A DNA stretch of 32,000 bases from Prochlorococcus marinus subsp. pastoris str. CCMP1986 (GCF_000011465.1 NC_005072.1:1440001-1472000), one strand, 5' to 3'. Positions 18,811 through 28,627 are shown, numbered from the stretch's first letter. The notes: a model not told the origin generated them from the sequence alone. A program made the numbers and translations.

Positions 18811-19554
18811 ATAGACCCTACCTCACTATTTAAGCAAACTAATTTTTCAAACACTATTTGGTGGAAAGTAAAAATTAATATTTCTGGGTATCAAAATGAA
18901 ACTGAAAATAATTTAGTAACGGAAATAGCCAAAAATAGACTTTTTAGACTTATTTATCCAAGTCTTTATAAGAGTAAAAATAAATTGTCCAGAATATTAG
19001 TTCAATTTTATGAAGATGGTTATATCTGTTGGATTGATTTAGATAAATTATTTATTGAGAAATTTGATGTTAAAAACAGTATTCTCGATTCTGAACAAAT
19101 ATTAATACAAACAAAAATTCCATTAATTCTTAGTTGGATCAAAGATCGATCTAAGGAAAAAAATATATATCTTTGGGGTGGTACATTAGGTCCTAATTTT
19201 GACTGTTCTGGCTTGATTCAAACCGCTTTTTTAAATCATAAAATTTATATACCTAGAGATTCTTATCAAATTAAAAGTTTTTGTAAGCATCTTTTCAATT
19301 TTAAAGAAAATAATAAATCACTTAAAAAAGGAGATATTTTATTTTTTGGAAAGCAAAATAAATGTGATCATGTTGGTATTTATAAAGGGGATGGACTTTA
19401 TTACCATAGTTCGGGTATAGATTACGGAAGAAATGGTATAGGAATAGACACTTTAAAAGAAACTAACGATAAAATTTCTCTACATTATCAATCAAAACTT
19501 ATTTCTGCAGGAAGAATAACTAGATCATACAGATGGAATAAATCTATCAGGTAA
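18799..19554 (+). CDS. SH3b-like + NlpC/P60 cysteine peptidase (gamma-D-glutamyl-L-diamino acid endopeptidase-like)
   Basis: Catalytic Cys in FDCSGLIQTAF and His in CDHVGIYKGDGLYYHSS. The N-terminal part (LVQFYEDGYICWIDLDKL) resembles the SH3b domain of cyanobacterial NlpC/P60 enzymes. No signal peptide. Confidence 0.85.
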   Translation: MKEHIDPTSLFKQTNFSNTIWWKVKINISGYQNETENNLVTEIAKNRLFRLIYPSLYKSKNKLSRILVQFYEDGYICWIDLDKLFIEKFDVKNSILDSEQILIQTKIPLILSWIKDRSKEKNIYLWGGTLGPNFDCSGLIQTAFLNHKIYIPRDSYQIKSFCKHLFNFKENNKSLKKGDILFFGKQNKCDHVGIYKGDGLYYHSSGIDYGRNGIGIDTLKETNDKISLHYQSKLISAGRITRSYRWNKSIR

Positions 19555-19564
19555 TATTTTATTT

Positions 19565-19596
19565 AAAAACTAACTATTGAAAGTATCTCTAGTTAG
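19565..19596 (-). terminator. Possible psaL terminator (weak hairpin followed by a U-run on the minus strand)
   Basis: CTAACTA (19570-19576) pairs with TAGTTAG (19590-19596) around a 13-nt loop. AAAAA at 19565-19569 gives UUUUU after the hairpin on the minus strand. Confidence 0.35.
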
Positions 19597-19605
19597 ATAA
19601 TGAAA

Positions 19606-20205
19606 TCAACCAGTAGTCCAAATATTTTTAACAATTGGCATTATGGTATCTAAATGGAGAGTTCCTACAAGAAGCCATGCAAACACAGCACCACCACAAC
19701 CACCTAACCAAAACCCGCTTGTAAAATCGGCCCAGCCTGTTCTAGTAAACAAGTCTGCAGGAGGATTATATACTGTGGCATCTGGAGGTTGAACATTAGG
19801 AGCTTTTCCTGGAGCATTATAAAGAACCAAAAGCCCTGTCAATATGTGCACAGCACCTATTGTTGCAAGTAATCCTGCTGTTAATGCGAAATCAGAATTT
19901 CTTAACGGACCAGTCATAGAAAATGGACCATATAAAAGATATCCAAATGCTGCTCCAGTTTCTAAACCTCTGAAATTTGGAGAAATCCCTTCTCTATAAA
20001 AAGGTAAATTATTAATAAATGCCTTTGTAAAGTAACCACTATTAACAGGTGTTGCAAGATTTCCAACACATGGATCTGAAACTGGTTTTACAGCCCATTG
20101 ATTTGCAATACCAATGTCATTTGGCTGAACAGAATTATCTATATATTTTTCATCAAATTTAATAGAACTTGTTGATTCTGAGAATGATTTTTGAAAGTCG
20201 CTCAT
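19606..20205 (-). CDS. psaL: Photosystem I reaction centre subunit XI
   Basis: 199 aa. [52 protein letters not shown] is the conserved PsaL core. Confidence 0.93.
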
Positions 20206-20234
20206 TTTTAATAAAAGTGTAATTTTTAATTTAT

Positions 20235-20348
20235 TTAATCAGTAGCTGTAATCAATCTTCCAATTAATACAAGAAATACTGCTGGGGTTACTAGACCAAT
20301 CAATGGGACAAAGATTGATGGTAAGAACGTTGAAAAATCAGATGGCAT
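20235..20348 (-). CDS. psaI: Photosystem I reaction centre subunit VIII (37 aa)
   Basis: Hand translation gives [37 protein letters not shown]. It is a single TM helix with the PsaI pattern LP.I.VP..G...PA and ends 29 nt upstream of psaL. It is too short for the ORF track. Confidence 0.8.
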
Positions 20349-20440
20349 AATCTACTAAAGATCTTTGAACACTTTAGTATTTAAAGGACAAATAGTGTAA
20401 CTTTTATTACTGGATGATATAAAAATTATTAACTTTATAT

Positions 20441-20827
20441 ATGCTAAATTTTTTCTCAATTGTTCTCATCATTTTAATAATATTTTTTATAGTAATTTTC
20501 AAGAAAAAAAATATATTTAATGCTTTTAATAAAAAGAAATTATATCCAATTAAAGAAATGTGTAATGAAAATAATATAATTACCTCTTCAGAAAAAATTA
20601 ATCATAATCAAAATAGCGCTAATAAGTACTCAGAGTTTTACAAAAGAAAACTAAAAGAAAAAATGAATAGCCTTTTTAAAGGTTCAGCAGAAGACAAATT
20701 GAAAGCCTTAAATTTAGCAGAAGAATTAGCAGATAAATCTACATTGCCAATTCTCAAAAAAGGTTTAAAAGAAATGAATTTACAGATAGTTGAACGTTCA
20801 GCTGCTCTTATTAGAAAGTTTAAGTAA
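20441..20827 (+). CDS. Hypothetical membrane-anchored protein with one HEAT-like repeat
   Basis: N-terminal TM helix (FFSIVLIILIIFFIVIF). The C-terminal segment AEDKLKALNLAEELADKSTLPILKKGLKEMNLQIVERSAALIRKF resembles a PBS-lyase/HEAT-like repeat. Low-complexity linker between them. Confidence 0.45.
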   Translation: MLNFFSIVLIILIIFFIVIFKKKNIFNAFNKKKLYPIKEMCNENNIITSSEKINHNQNSANKYSEFYKRKLKEKMNSLFKGSAEDKLKALNLAEELADKSTLPILKKGLKEMNLQIVERSAALIRKFK

Positions 20828-20831
20828 AGAT

Positions 20832-21794
20832 TTACTCATTAGAAATACTTTGAATTTTTCTAATCCTATAAATTGGCCTATTTTGACTCTCGTGATAAGT
20901 TCTAATTAATAGTTCGCCCAATAATCCAAAACTAAATAATTGAACTCCAGCAATTCCTAATATCAAAGCAAACATCAACATCGGCCTATTGCCAATATCA
21001 TTTCCTAGGAGTTTGATAATAAATAAGTAAGATGTCATTCCAAGACTAACTAAAATGCTTATAATTCCAACGAAACCAAATCCATACATTGGTCTGGTTA
21101 AAAATTTAGTCATAAACCAAACTGTAAGCAAATCCATTAAAACCCTAAACGTTCTATCAATCCCATATTTACTAGAACCGTATTTTCGACTTCGATGGTT
21201 GACTTTAATTTCTTTAATTTTAGCTCCTTCAATTTTTGCTAATACAGGCAAAAACCTATGAAGTTCTCCATATAATTTTATATCATCTAAAATCTCTTTT
21301 TTGAAAGCTTTTAGTGAACATCCATAATCATGCAATTTTAGACCAGTAACATTGGCTATTAACTTATTTGCAATTTTTGATGGTATACGTCTATTAATTA
21401 ACTTATCTTTTCGATCGTATCTCCATCCGCAAATTAAATCATAGCCTTCATTTATATGTGAAATTAATTTAGGGATATCATTAGGATCATTTTGCAAGTC
21501 TCCATCTAAAGTAATTACAACTTCACCATTAGAATTATCAAAACCGGCCGCCATTGCGGCTGTTTGTCCGTAATTGGTTCGAAGTGAAATGACTGATAAT
21601 TCCTTAATATTGATAGTTAATTCATCCAATACATTTGAAGTACTATCTTGAGAACCATCATTTACGACAACTATTTCAAAATTTAATTTATTAGAAGACA
21701 TCACATTTAAAACTTCATCTAATAAATATCCAATACTCTCACTTTCATTAAAAACAGGAATAATAATAGAAATTAACTGATTAGGATTTGTCAT
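20832..21794 (-). CDS. Family 2 glycosyltransferase, polyprenyl-phosphate sugar transferase type (GtrB/ArnC/DPM1-like)
   Basis: GT-A motifs IIIPVFNESESI, NDGSQD and LDGDLQND, followed by two C-terminal TM helices. Confidence 0.85.
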   Translation of the reverse strand: MTNPNQLISIIIPVFNESESIGYLLDEVLNVMSSNKLNFEIVVVNDGSQDSTSNVLDELTINIKELSVISLRTNYGQTAAMAAGFDNSNGEVVITLDGDLQNDPNDIPKLISHINEGYDLICGWRYDRKDKLINRRIPSKIANKLIANVTGLKLHDYGCSLKAFKKEILDDIKLYGELHRFLPVLAKIEGAKIKEIKVNHRSRKYGSSKYGIDRTFRVLMDLLTVWFMTKFLTRPMYGFGFVGIISILVSLGMTSYLFIIKLLGNDIGNRPMLMFALILGIAGVQLFSFGLLGELLIRTYHESQNRPIYRIRKIQSISNE

Positions 21795-21856
21795 GTCATA
21801 TGAATAGCGATTAATAATCTTATAATTTTAACTTAAATTAGAACAATAAAATTAAA

Positions 21857-21886
21857 CAAAAAAAATCACCACTAATGTGGTGATTT
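21857..21886 (-). terminator. Rho-independent terminator of psaA-psaB
   Basis: Perfect 10-bp stem, AAATCACCAC (21863-21872) with GTGGTGATTT (21877-21886), and loop TAAT. The plus-strand A-run 21858-21865 partly forms the base of the stem and reads as a U-run after the hairpin on the minus strand. The structure begins 19 nt downstream of the psaB stop. Confidence 0.8.
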
Positions 21887-21904
21887 AAATTATTTGATAA
21901 AACT

Positions 21905-24133
21905 TTATCCAAACTTACCTGAAGTAGATGCTATTACAAATGCTCCGAAAGTAAGGATATTTCCAATTGTAAAATGCGCCAGTCCAACTAGTCTTGCTTG
22001 AACAATTGAAAGTGCAACTGGTTTATCTCTCCAACCTACAAGGTTAGCTATTGGAGTACGCTGATGAGCCCAAACTAATGTCTCAATTAATTCTTGCCAG
22101 TATCCTCTCCAAGATATCAAGAACATGAATCCAGTCGCCCATACAAGATGACCGAATAAGAACATCCAAGCCCAGACAGAAAGTGAATTAACACCGAAAG
22201 GGTTGTACCCATTAATTAGCTGAGCAGAGTTTAACCAAAGATAATCTCTAAACCAACCCATTAAATAAGTCCCAGACTCGTTAAATTGAGCTACATTACC
22301 TTGCCATATGGCTAAATGTTTCCAATGCCAGTAGAAAGTTACCCATGCTATCAAGTTCAAAGCCCAGAACATTGCAAGATACATGGCATCCCATGATGAA
22401 CTATCGCATGTACCTCCACGACCAGGTCCATCACAAGGGAATGCATAACCCAAATCTTTCTTATCAGGAATTAGTTTTGTTCCTCTAGCATCTAAAGCTC
22501 CTTTAATAAGGATTAATGCAGTTGTATGAAGTCCAAGAGCTATAGCATGATGAACTAAGAAATCTGCTGGGCCAATTGGTAAAAAAGCACTTAATGCATC
22601 TTGTCTATTAATTAAATCCATCCAGTAATGGTTTCCTGGCAAAGAGTTTGCCGCCAGACTTGCTGAACTAGTAGGATCCGAAAGAAGTGCGTTAAATCCA
22701 TACATCATCTTTCCTTGAGCTGCCTGAACAAACTGAGCGAATACTGGTTCGATCAAAATTTGTTTTTCAGGATTTCCAAAAGCTACAACAACGTCATTAT
22801 GAACATATATTCCTAATGTATGAAAACCCAGGATCATAGTGACCCAACTCAAATGACTGATAAGAGCTTCTTTTGTACCTAATACACGAGCCAATACATT
22901 ATCTTTATTAAGTTCAGGATCATAATCTCTGACAAAGAATATTGCTCCATGAGCAAAAGCACCAACCATTAAGAACATGGCTATGTATTGATGATGGGTA
23001 TATAAAGCTGACTGTGTGGTGTAATCTCTAGCAATAAAAGCATAAGAAGGTAAAGCTCCCATATGTTGAGCTACTAATGAAGTTGCAACACCAAGAGCAG
23101 CCAAAGCTAAGCCTAATTGAAAGTGAAGAGAATTAGTAACAGTTTCATAGATACCATCATGATTAATTCCAAAACTACCTTTATGAGGATCAAGTGGATG
23201 TCTTGTATTATGTGCTTCTGTGATTTCTTTTAAACTATGTCCAATACCGAACGTATTTCTATACATATGTCCAGCAATTATAAATACAGTACCTATTGCA
23301 ATATGATGGTGAGCTATATCAGTTAACCATAATGCTTCACTTTGAGGATGAAGTCCACCTAAAAAAGTAAATATTGCTGTACCAGCACCCTCTGATGTTC
23401 CAAATACTTGCTCTAATGTATCTGGATTCTGAGCATATGCTCCCCAGTTAAGTGTAAAGAAAGGAGCTAAACCTGCAGGATGAGGAAGAACTGTTAACCA
23501 ATTATCCCAACCTACATGAATACCTCTAGATTCAGGAATTGCAACGTGAACTAAATGTCCTGTCCAAGCGATACTACTAAAACCAAATAAAACGGCAAGA
23601 TGATGATTTAATCTAGATTCGTTGTTTTTAAACCATGCCAGAGATGGTCTGAATTTTGGTTGCAAATGTAGCCAACCAGCAAATAAGGTCCAGCAAGCCA
23701 AGATACTCATAAAAATTGAAGCTTGGAACAGTTGCTCATTAGTTCTCATTCCAATTGTGTACCACCAATGATATAAGCCTGAATAAGCTATATTTACAGG
23801 TCCGCTGGCTCCTGCCTGTGTCATTGCTTCGGTAATACCTGATCCAAAATGAGGATCCCAAATAGCATGAGCTATAGGACGAACATGAGTTGGATCAAGG
23901 ACAAATTGCTCAAAATTACCTTGCCAAGCGATATGGAAAAGATTACCGGCTACCCAAAGGGCAATTATTGCTAGATGTCCGAAATGTGTAGAAAATAACT
24001 TTTGATAAAGCTTTTCTTCAGTCATACCATCATGACTTTCAAAGTCATGAGCAGTAGCTATTCCGTACCATATTCGGCGAGTTGTAGGGTCCTGAGCTAG
24101 ACCCTGGTTAAATGATGGAAATTTTGTTGCCAT
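21905..24133 (-). CDS. psaB: Photosystem I P700 chlorophyll a apoprotein A2
   Basis: 742 aa, [38 protein letters not shown]-cluster motif [13 protein letters not shown]. Confidence 0.98.
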   Translation of the reverse strand: MATKFPSFNQGLAQDPTTRRIWYGIATAHDFESHDGMTEEKLYQKLFSTHFGHLAIIALWVAGNLFHIAWQGNFEQFVLDPTHVRPIAHAIWDPHFGSGITEAMTQAGASGPVNIAYSGLYHWWYTIGMRTNEQLFQASIFMSILACWTLFAGWLHLQPKFRPSLAWFKNNESRLNHHLAVLFGFSSIAWTGHLVHVAIPESRGIHVGWDNWLTVLPHPAGLAPFFTLNWGAYAQNPDTLEQVFGTSEGAGTAIFTFLGGLHPQSEALWLTDIAHHHIAIGTVFIIAGHMYRNTFGIGHSLKEITEAHNTRHPLDPHKGSFGINHDGIYETVTNSLHFQLGLALAALGVATSLVAQHMGALPSYAFIARDYTTQSALYTHHQYIAMFLMVGAFAHGAIFFVRDYDPELNKDNVLARVLGTKEALISHLSWVTMILGFHTLGIYVHNDVVVAFGNPEKQILIEPVFAQFVQAAQGKMMYGFNALLSDPTSSASLAANSLPGNHYWMDLINRQDALSAFLPIGPADFLVHHAIALGLHTTALILIKGALDARGTKLIPDKKDLGYAFPCDGPGRGGTCDSSSWDAMYLAMFWALNLIAWVTFYWHWKHLAIWQGNVAQFNESGTYLMGWFRDYLWLNSAQLINGYNPFGVNSLSVWAWMFLFGHLVWATGFMFLISWRGYWQELIETLVWAHQRTPIANLVGWRDKPVALSIVQARLVGLAHFTIGNILTFGAFVIASTSGKFG

Positions 24134-24161
24134 TGTATTAAAAAGGAGAAGTTCAGGTTAT

Positions 24162-26465
24162 TTAGCCAAGCCCGAAAAGGCGAGCATGGAAGAATGCCCA
24201 AGTAGTAGCAATACCACCCACTAAGAAGTGAGTAACACCAACTGCACGACCTTGAGTAATTGATAGTGCCCTTGGTTGAATTGTTGGAGCAACTTTCAGT
24301 TTGTTATGAGCCCAAACAATTGATTCAAATAGTTCTTGCCAGTAACCTCTTCCGCTGAATAAGAACATTAAGCTAAATGCCCAGATAAAGTGTGCTCCCA
24401 AAAACATCAGGCCATACATACTTATAGCTGAACCATAACTTGTCAAAACCTGAGAAGATTGGGCCCATAAAAAGTCTCTAAGCCAACCATTAATAGTAAT
24501 GGCACTTTGAGAGAAGTTACCTCCAGTAAGTCCCCAAACATCGCTTTGCATCTTCCAAGAAAAATGGAAAATAACAATTGATAAACAGTTATACATCCAG
24601 AAGAGTCCTAAGAAAACATGGTCCCAAGAAGAAACTTGACATGTACCTCCTCTACCAGGGCCATCACATGGGAATCTAAATCCTAAGGATGCTTTATCAG
24701 GAATCAATCGTGAGCTTCTTGCATACAGAACACCTTTAAGAAGAATTAAAACTGTTACGTGTATTTGGAATGCATGAATATGATGAATCATCAAGTCAGC
24801 AGTTCCTAAGGGGATTGGAGCAATAGCAACCTTTCCACCTACTTCAACTAAACTTCCGTTAAATACTTCACTTATAGCTTTATGAGGTAAGGCTTCAGCT
24901 GTACCGGCCAATATTGAAGTCCCAACGGCTGAAGCTTGAATACTTTGAACCCATTGAGCAAATATTGGTTGAAGTTGAATTGCAGAATCACTAAACATAT
25001 CTTGAGGTCTTCCTAAAGCTCTCATTGTGTCGTTATGAATATAGAGTCCAAAACTATGGAAACCTAACCACATACAAACCCAATTAAGGTGACTTATTAA
25101 CGCATCTCTTGCTTTTAAAATCCTATCTAAAACATTATCTATATGTTTAGCTGGATCGTAATCTCTAACCATCGCTATGCCCGCATGAGCTCCAGCTCCA
25201 ACAATAAATAATCCACCTATCCACATATGGTGAGTAAACAAACCAAGCACAGTCATGTAATCAGTCGCGATGTATGGATAAGGAGGCATCGCATACATAT
25301 GATGAGAGATCAAGATACTAAGAGAACCGAGCATTGCTAAGTTGACAGAAAGCTGTGCATGTCTACTTTCAGCCATAAATTCAAAGAGTCCTTGATGCCC
25401 TTTAGGTGCTGGGAATAAAATTGGATCCCCTTGTTGAGAATCTAATATTTCTTTCATACTATGGCCAATACCATAGTTAGTTCTATACATGTGCCCACCA
25501 ATTATCGCAATAACTCCAAAAGCTAAATGATGATGTGAAACATCAGTCATCCATAGACTTCCTGTAACAGGATTTAAACCACCTTTAAAAGTTAGGAAAT
25601 CTGAAAAAGCAAGCCAATTTAAGCTAAAGAAATTTCCAGTACCACTTGCAAGTCCTGGAAAAATTTGAGCAATTATTTGAGGATCACACAACTGATGAGG
25701 CATTGGCATATCGGCAATTGTTGCTATCTCTTTGCCATTAATAACTAGAGGTGTACCAGCATCAATTGCATCCAACAGTGCTGCTGTCGGAGCACCAATA
25801 TGTATACAATGACCTGCCCATGCAAGTGATCCAAGGCCAACTAAACCAGCAATATGGTGGTTTAACATTGACTCTATATTTTGGAACCATTCCATTTTTG
25901 GAGCGGCTTTATGATAATGGAAGATACCTGCATGAAGCATTAATGCAGCCATTACAACTGCTCCAATAGCTAATGCCATTAATTCACTTTCATTTGTAAT
26001 TCCCCATGCTCGCCACATGTGAAATACTCCAGAACTTATTTGAATTCCATTGTAGTTAGCACCTAAATCACCATTAAGCATTTCTTGCCCAACTATTGCC
26101 CAAACTTGTTGAGCACCAGGTTTTACATGAGTAGGATCAGCTAACCATCCTGAATAATTTGAAAATCTCGCTCCATGGAAAAATGCAGCGCTCATCCATA
26201 TGAAAATAACAGCAAGGTGTCCGAAATGAGCTGAGAATATTTTTCTTGTAGCTTCTTCAGCATCTCCTGTATGTATATCAAAATCATGGGCATCTGCATG
26301 CAAATTCCAAATCCAAGTTGTGGTTTTTGGACCTTTGGATAATTTACTAGACCAGAAACCTGGTTTATCTAATTTGGCAAAATCAATAGGTCTGGGATCA
26401 GCCTTGACGGGGGATTCCAAAATCTTTTTGTCTTTTTCTCCACTTTCTGGTGGGCTAATGGTCAT
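24162..26465 (-). CDS. psaA: Photosystem I P700 chlorophyll a apoprotein A1
   Basis: 767 aa. FX-cluster motif [15 protein letters not shown]. Lies 28 nt upstream of psaB. Confidence 0.98.
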   Translation of the reverse strand: MTISPPESGEKDKKILESPVKADPRPIDFAKLDKPGFWSSKLSKGPKTTTWIWNLHADAHDFDIHTGDAEEATRKIFSAHFGHLAVIFIWMSAAFFHGARFSNYSGWLADPTHVKPGAQQVWAIVGQEMLNGDLGANYNGIQISSGVFHMWRAWGITNESELMALAIGAVVMAALMLHAGIFHYHKAAPKMEWFQNIESMLNHHIAGLVGLGSLAWAGHCIHIGAPTAALLDAIDAGTPLVINGKEIATIADMPMPHQLCDPQIIAQIFPGLASGTGNFFSLNWLAFSDFLTFKGGLNPVTGSLWMTDVSHHHLAFGVIAIIGGHMYRTNYGIGHSMKEILDSQQGDPILFPAPKGHQGLFEFMAESRHAQLSVNLAMLGSLSILISHHMYAMPPYPYIATDYMTVLGLFTHHMWIGGLFIVGAGAHAGIAMVRDYDPAKHIDNVLDRILKARDALISHLNWVCMWLGFHSFGLYIHNDTMRALGRPQDMFSDSAIQLQPIFAQWVQSIQASAVGTSILAGTAEALPHKAISEVFNGSLVEVGGKVAIAPIPLGTADLMIHHIHAFQIHVTVLILLKGVLYARSSRLIPDKASLGFRFPCDGPGRGGTCQVSSWDHVFLGLFWMYNCLSIVIFHFSWKMQSDVWGLTGGNFSQSAITINGWLRDFLWAQSSQVLTSYGSAISMYGLMFLGAHFIWAFSLMFLFSGRGYWQELFESIVWAHNKLKVAPTIQPRALSITQGRAVGVTHFLVGGIATTWAFFHARLFGLG

Positions 26466-26614
26466 CTAGCACCTCTAAATAATTGACCCTTAAGTAGATT
26501 TATCACACTCAAAAGCCTACGTATTAATAGTAGTCTTTATGAGGAACGAGCAAATCAAAACTTAAGATTTTCGTTACCAAAAATAATAGGCTAAAGATTC
26601 TTTGATCATGCAGG

Positions 26615-26646
26615 AAAGTAACAAATGTTTCATTGATTGTTACTTT
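26615..26646. promoter_or_regulatory. 10-bp perfect inverted repeat upstream of psaA (candidate operator or leader stem-loop)
   Basis: AAAGTAACAA (26615-26624) and TTGTTACTTT (26637-26646) are separated by 12 nt. The repeat lies 150-181 nt upstream of the psaA ATG. Confidence 0.3.
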
Positions 26647-26806
26647 TCAATATTTCTATTGAATCCCTTTACATAACAAGGTTCTAAGTATATTTACTCA
26701 TTTCAATTAAATAAATCTTAAATTTTTTTTTATATTTCGTTTTTATTTTTTTTAATTGCAGCGAAGAGATATAGTTTTAAATTGATAATAAAGAGAACTT
26801 CTTAAA

Positions 26807-28627
26807 TTGAAAGGTATTGCAATAGGTTTTTCTGATACTTCAAAAGAGATTTTAAAAAGACTAAAAAAAACTGAATTTATTAATGAGATTTTCATAGGAA
26901 GCTCATCCTATAAAGATAAAAATGTAAAAGACTCAGTTAAGTTTATGAAACCTAGGCAAATTTTGAGAGAAAAGTGGGGAAACTTGGAGTTAATTATCTT
27001 TGTCGGCTCAGTTGGCGCCTCTATTAGACTTATCAATTCTTTATTATCTTCCAAAGATAAAGATCCTGGAGTAATTGTTATTGATAAAAAAGGATCAAAA
27101 ATTATCCCTATAATTGGCGCACATCAATCAAATATCCAAAATATTGCATTTCAAATATGTAATTTATTCGGTGGTGAAATAATCGAGACTAATAATTCAA
27201 TTGATCAAAATTACTTAAATATTGACTCATTTGGAAATCAATGGGGATGGAAAAGATCTGGAGATATAAAGGACTGGTCAAAATTAGTAATCAAGCAAGC
27301 TAATAAAAAAGAGATTTTTTGTAGCCAATTATCAGGCAACAATTTATGGAAAACTTCTGAAGTGGGAAATACTATTACTCAATTATCAGACAAAGATTAT
27401 GAGCAAAAGAAATCAATTTTTCATATATCTATATTCGATAATCATAAAAATACTTGGCATCCTCCAACTTTATGGATCGGTTTAGGTTGTGAGCGAAATA
27501 CTAGCAAAGAATTAATTGAAGACTCTTTACAAAGTTTTTTAGCCACTAATAATTTATCTCCATTATCAATAGCAGGTTTTGCAACTGTTGATTTAAAAAA
27601 AGATGAGAAGGCAATTTTAGAGATCTCGAAAGAAAAAAATTTACCTATAAAATTTTTTACATCTGAAGAGCTCTCTTCAATTAATACCCCAAACCCATCG
27701 AATGTAGTTCTCAATGAAATTGGTACACCTTCAGTTGCTGAGGCATCTTGCATGATCGCTGCAGGACAAGGTTCAAAACTATTGAAAGAAAAGAAAATTT
27801 TTAAAAGTATCGATTCTTCAAAAAGTACTTTTGGCGCAGTAACTATTGCAGTCTCTGAATCTAAAAATCAATATTCCCCATTAACTGGTGAGATTCATGT
27901 TGTTGGTAGTGGGCCAGGAGATATTTCCTATTTAACAAATGATGCTAGAAAAGCTTTATCAAAATGTTCTATTTGGATTGGATACAAAATGTATTTGGAT
28001 CTAATTAAACCTCTTAAAAGAAAAGACCAAGTAATGATTGAAAGCAATCTTACTGAAGAGAAAGAGAGATGTGAGAAAGCTATAAAACTTGCTGAAGAGG
28101 GAATCAAAGTAGCACTAATATCCTCTGGCGATGCAGGTTTTTATGGGATGGCTGGCCTACTTTTAGAATTAATTCAAAAAGTTCATAAAGATATTAGGCC
28201 TTCATTTGAAGTACATCCAGGAATAAGTAGCATGCAGTTGGCTGCAGCAATTGGTGGAGCCCCATTAATGAATGACTTCTGTTCAATCAGCTTGAGTGAT
28301 AAGTTAACCCCTTGGGAAACTATAGAAAAAAGAATTGCAGGTGCTTTATTAGGAGACTTTGTAATTGCCATTTTCAATCCACAATCACTTGAAAGAAATT
28401 GGCAATTGAAAAGAGCTATAGAATTATGCCTAGGATATAGACCAGGAAATACTCCAGTCTTAGTAGGAAGACAAGTAGGTAGGGAAAATCAATCCAAGAG
28501 CTTTTTTAGTTTAGATAGTATTCCTTTACAGGATATAGATATGCTATCAATAATAATCATTGGTAATTCTAAAACTACTTTGGTTGATGAAATATTTTTA
28601 ACTCCAAGAGGATATTTAAAAAAGTAA
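26807..28627 (+). CDS. cobJ: Fused CbiG (cobalt-precorrin-5A hydrolase-like) / precorrin-3B C17-methyltransferase (CobJ/CbiH)
   Basis: 606 aa. The N-terminal and middle parts include the CbiG C-terminal domain (LWIGLGCERNTS...PSVAEASCMIAAG). The C-terminal part is a tetrapyrrole methylase (IHVVGSGPGDISYLT...ALISSGDAGFYGMAG). TTG start as in the ORF track. Confidence 0.88.
   Translation: MKGIAIGFSDTSKEILKRLKKTEFINEIFIGSSSYKDKNVKDSVKFMKPRQILREKWGNLELIIFVGSVGASIRLINSLLSSKDKDPGVIVIDKKGSKIIPIIGAHQSNIQNIAFQICNLFGGEIIETNNSIDQNYLNIDSFGNQWGWKRSGDIKDWSKLVIKQANKKEIFCSQLSGNNLWKTSEVGNTITQLSDKDYEQKKSIFHISIFDNHKNTWHPPTLWIGLGCERNTSKELIEDSLQSFLATNNLSPLSIAGFATVDLKKDEKAILEISKEKNLPIKFFTSEELSSINTPNPSNVVLNEIGTPSVAEASCMIAAGQGSKLLKEKKIFKSIDSSKSTFGAVTIAVSESKNQYSPLTGEIHVVGSGPGDISYLTNDARKALSKCSIWIGYKMYLDLIKPLKRKDQVMIESNLTEEKERCEKAIKLAEEGIKVALISSGDAGFYGMAGLLLELIQKVHKDIRPSFEVHPGISSMQLAAAIGGAPLMNDFCSISLSDKLTPWETIEKRIAGALLGDFVIAIFNPQSLERNWQLKRAIELCLGYRPGNTPVLVGRQVGRENQSKSFFSLDSIPLQDIDMLSIIIIGNSKTTLVDEIFLTPRGYLKK

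Noticed and set aside
21905-26465. Similar DNA and protein stretches in psaA and psaB (for example the [12 protein letters not shown] region), considered as a repeat element.
   Set aside because: This is the ancient paralogy of the two PSI core subunits, not a mobile or recent repeat.
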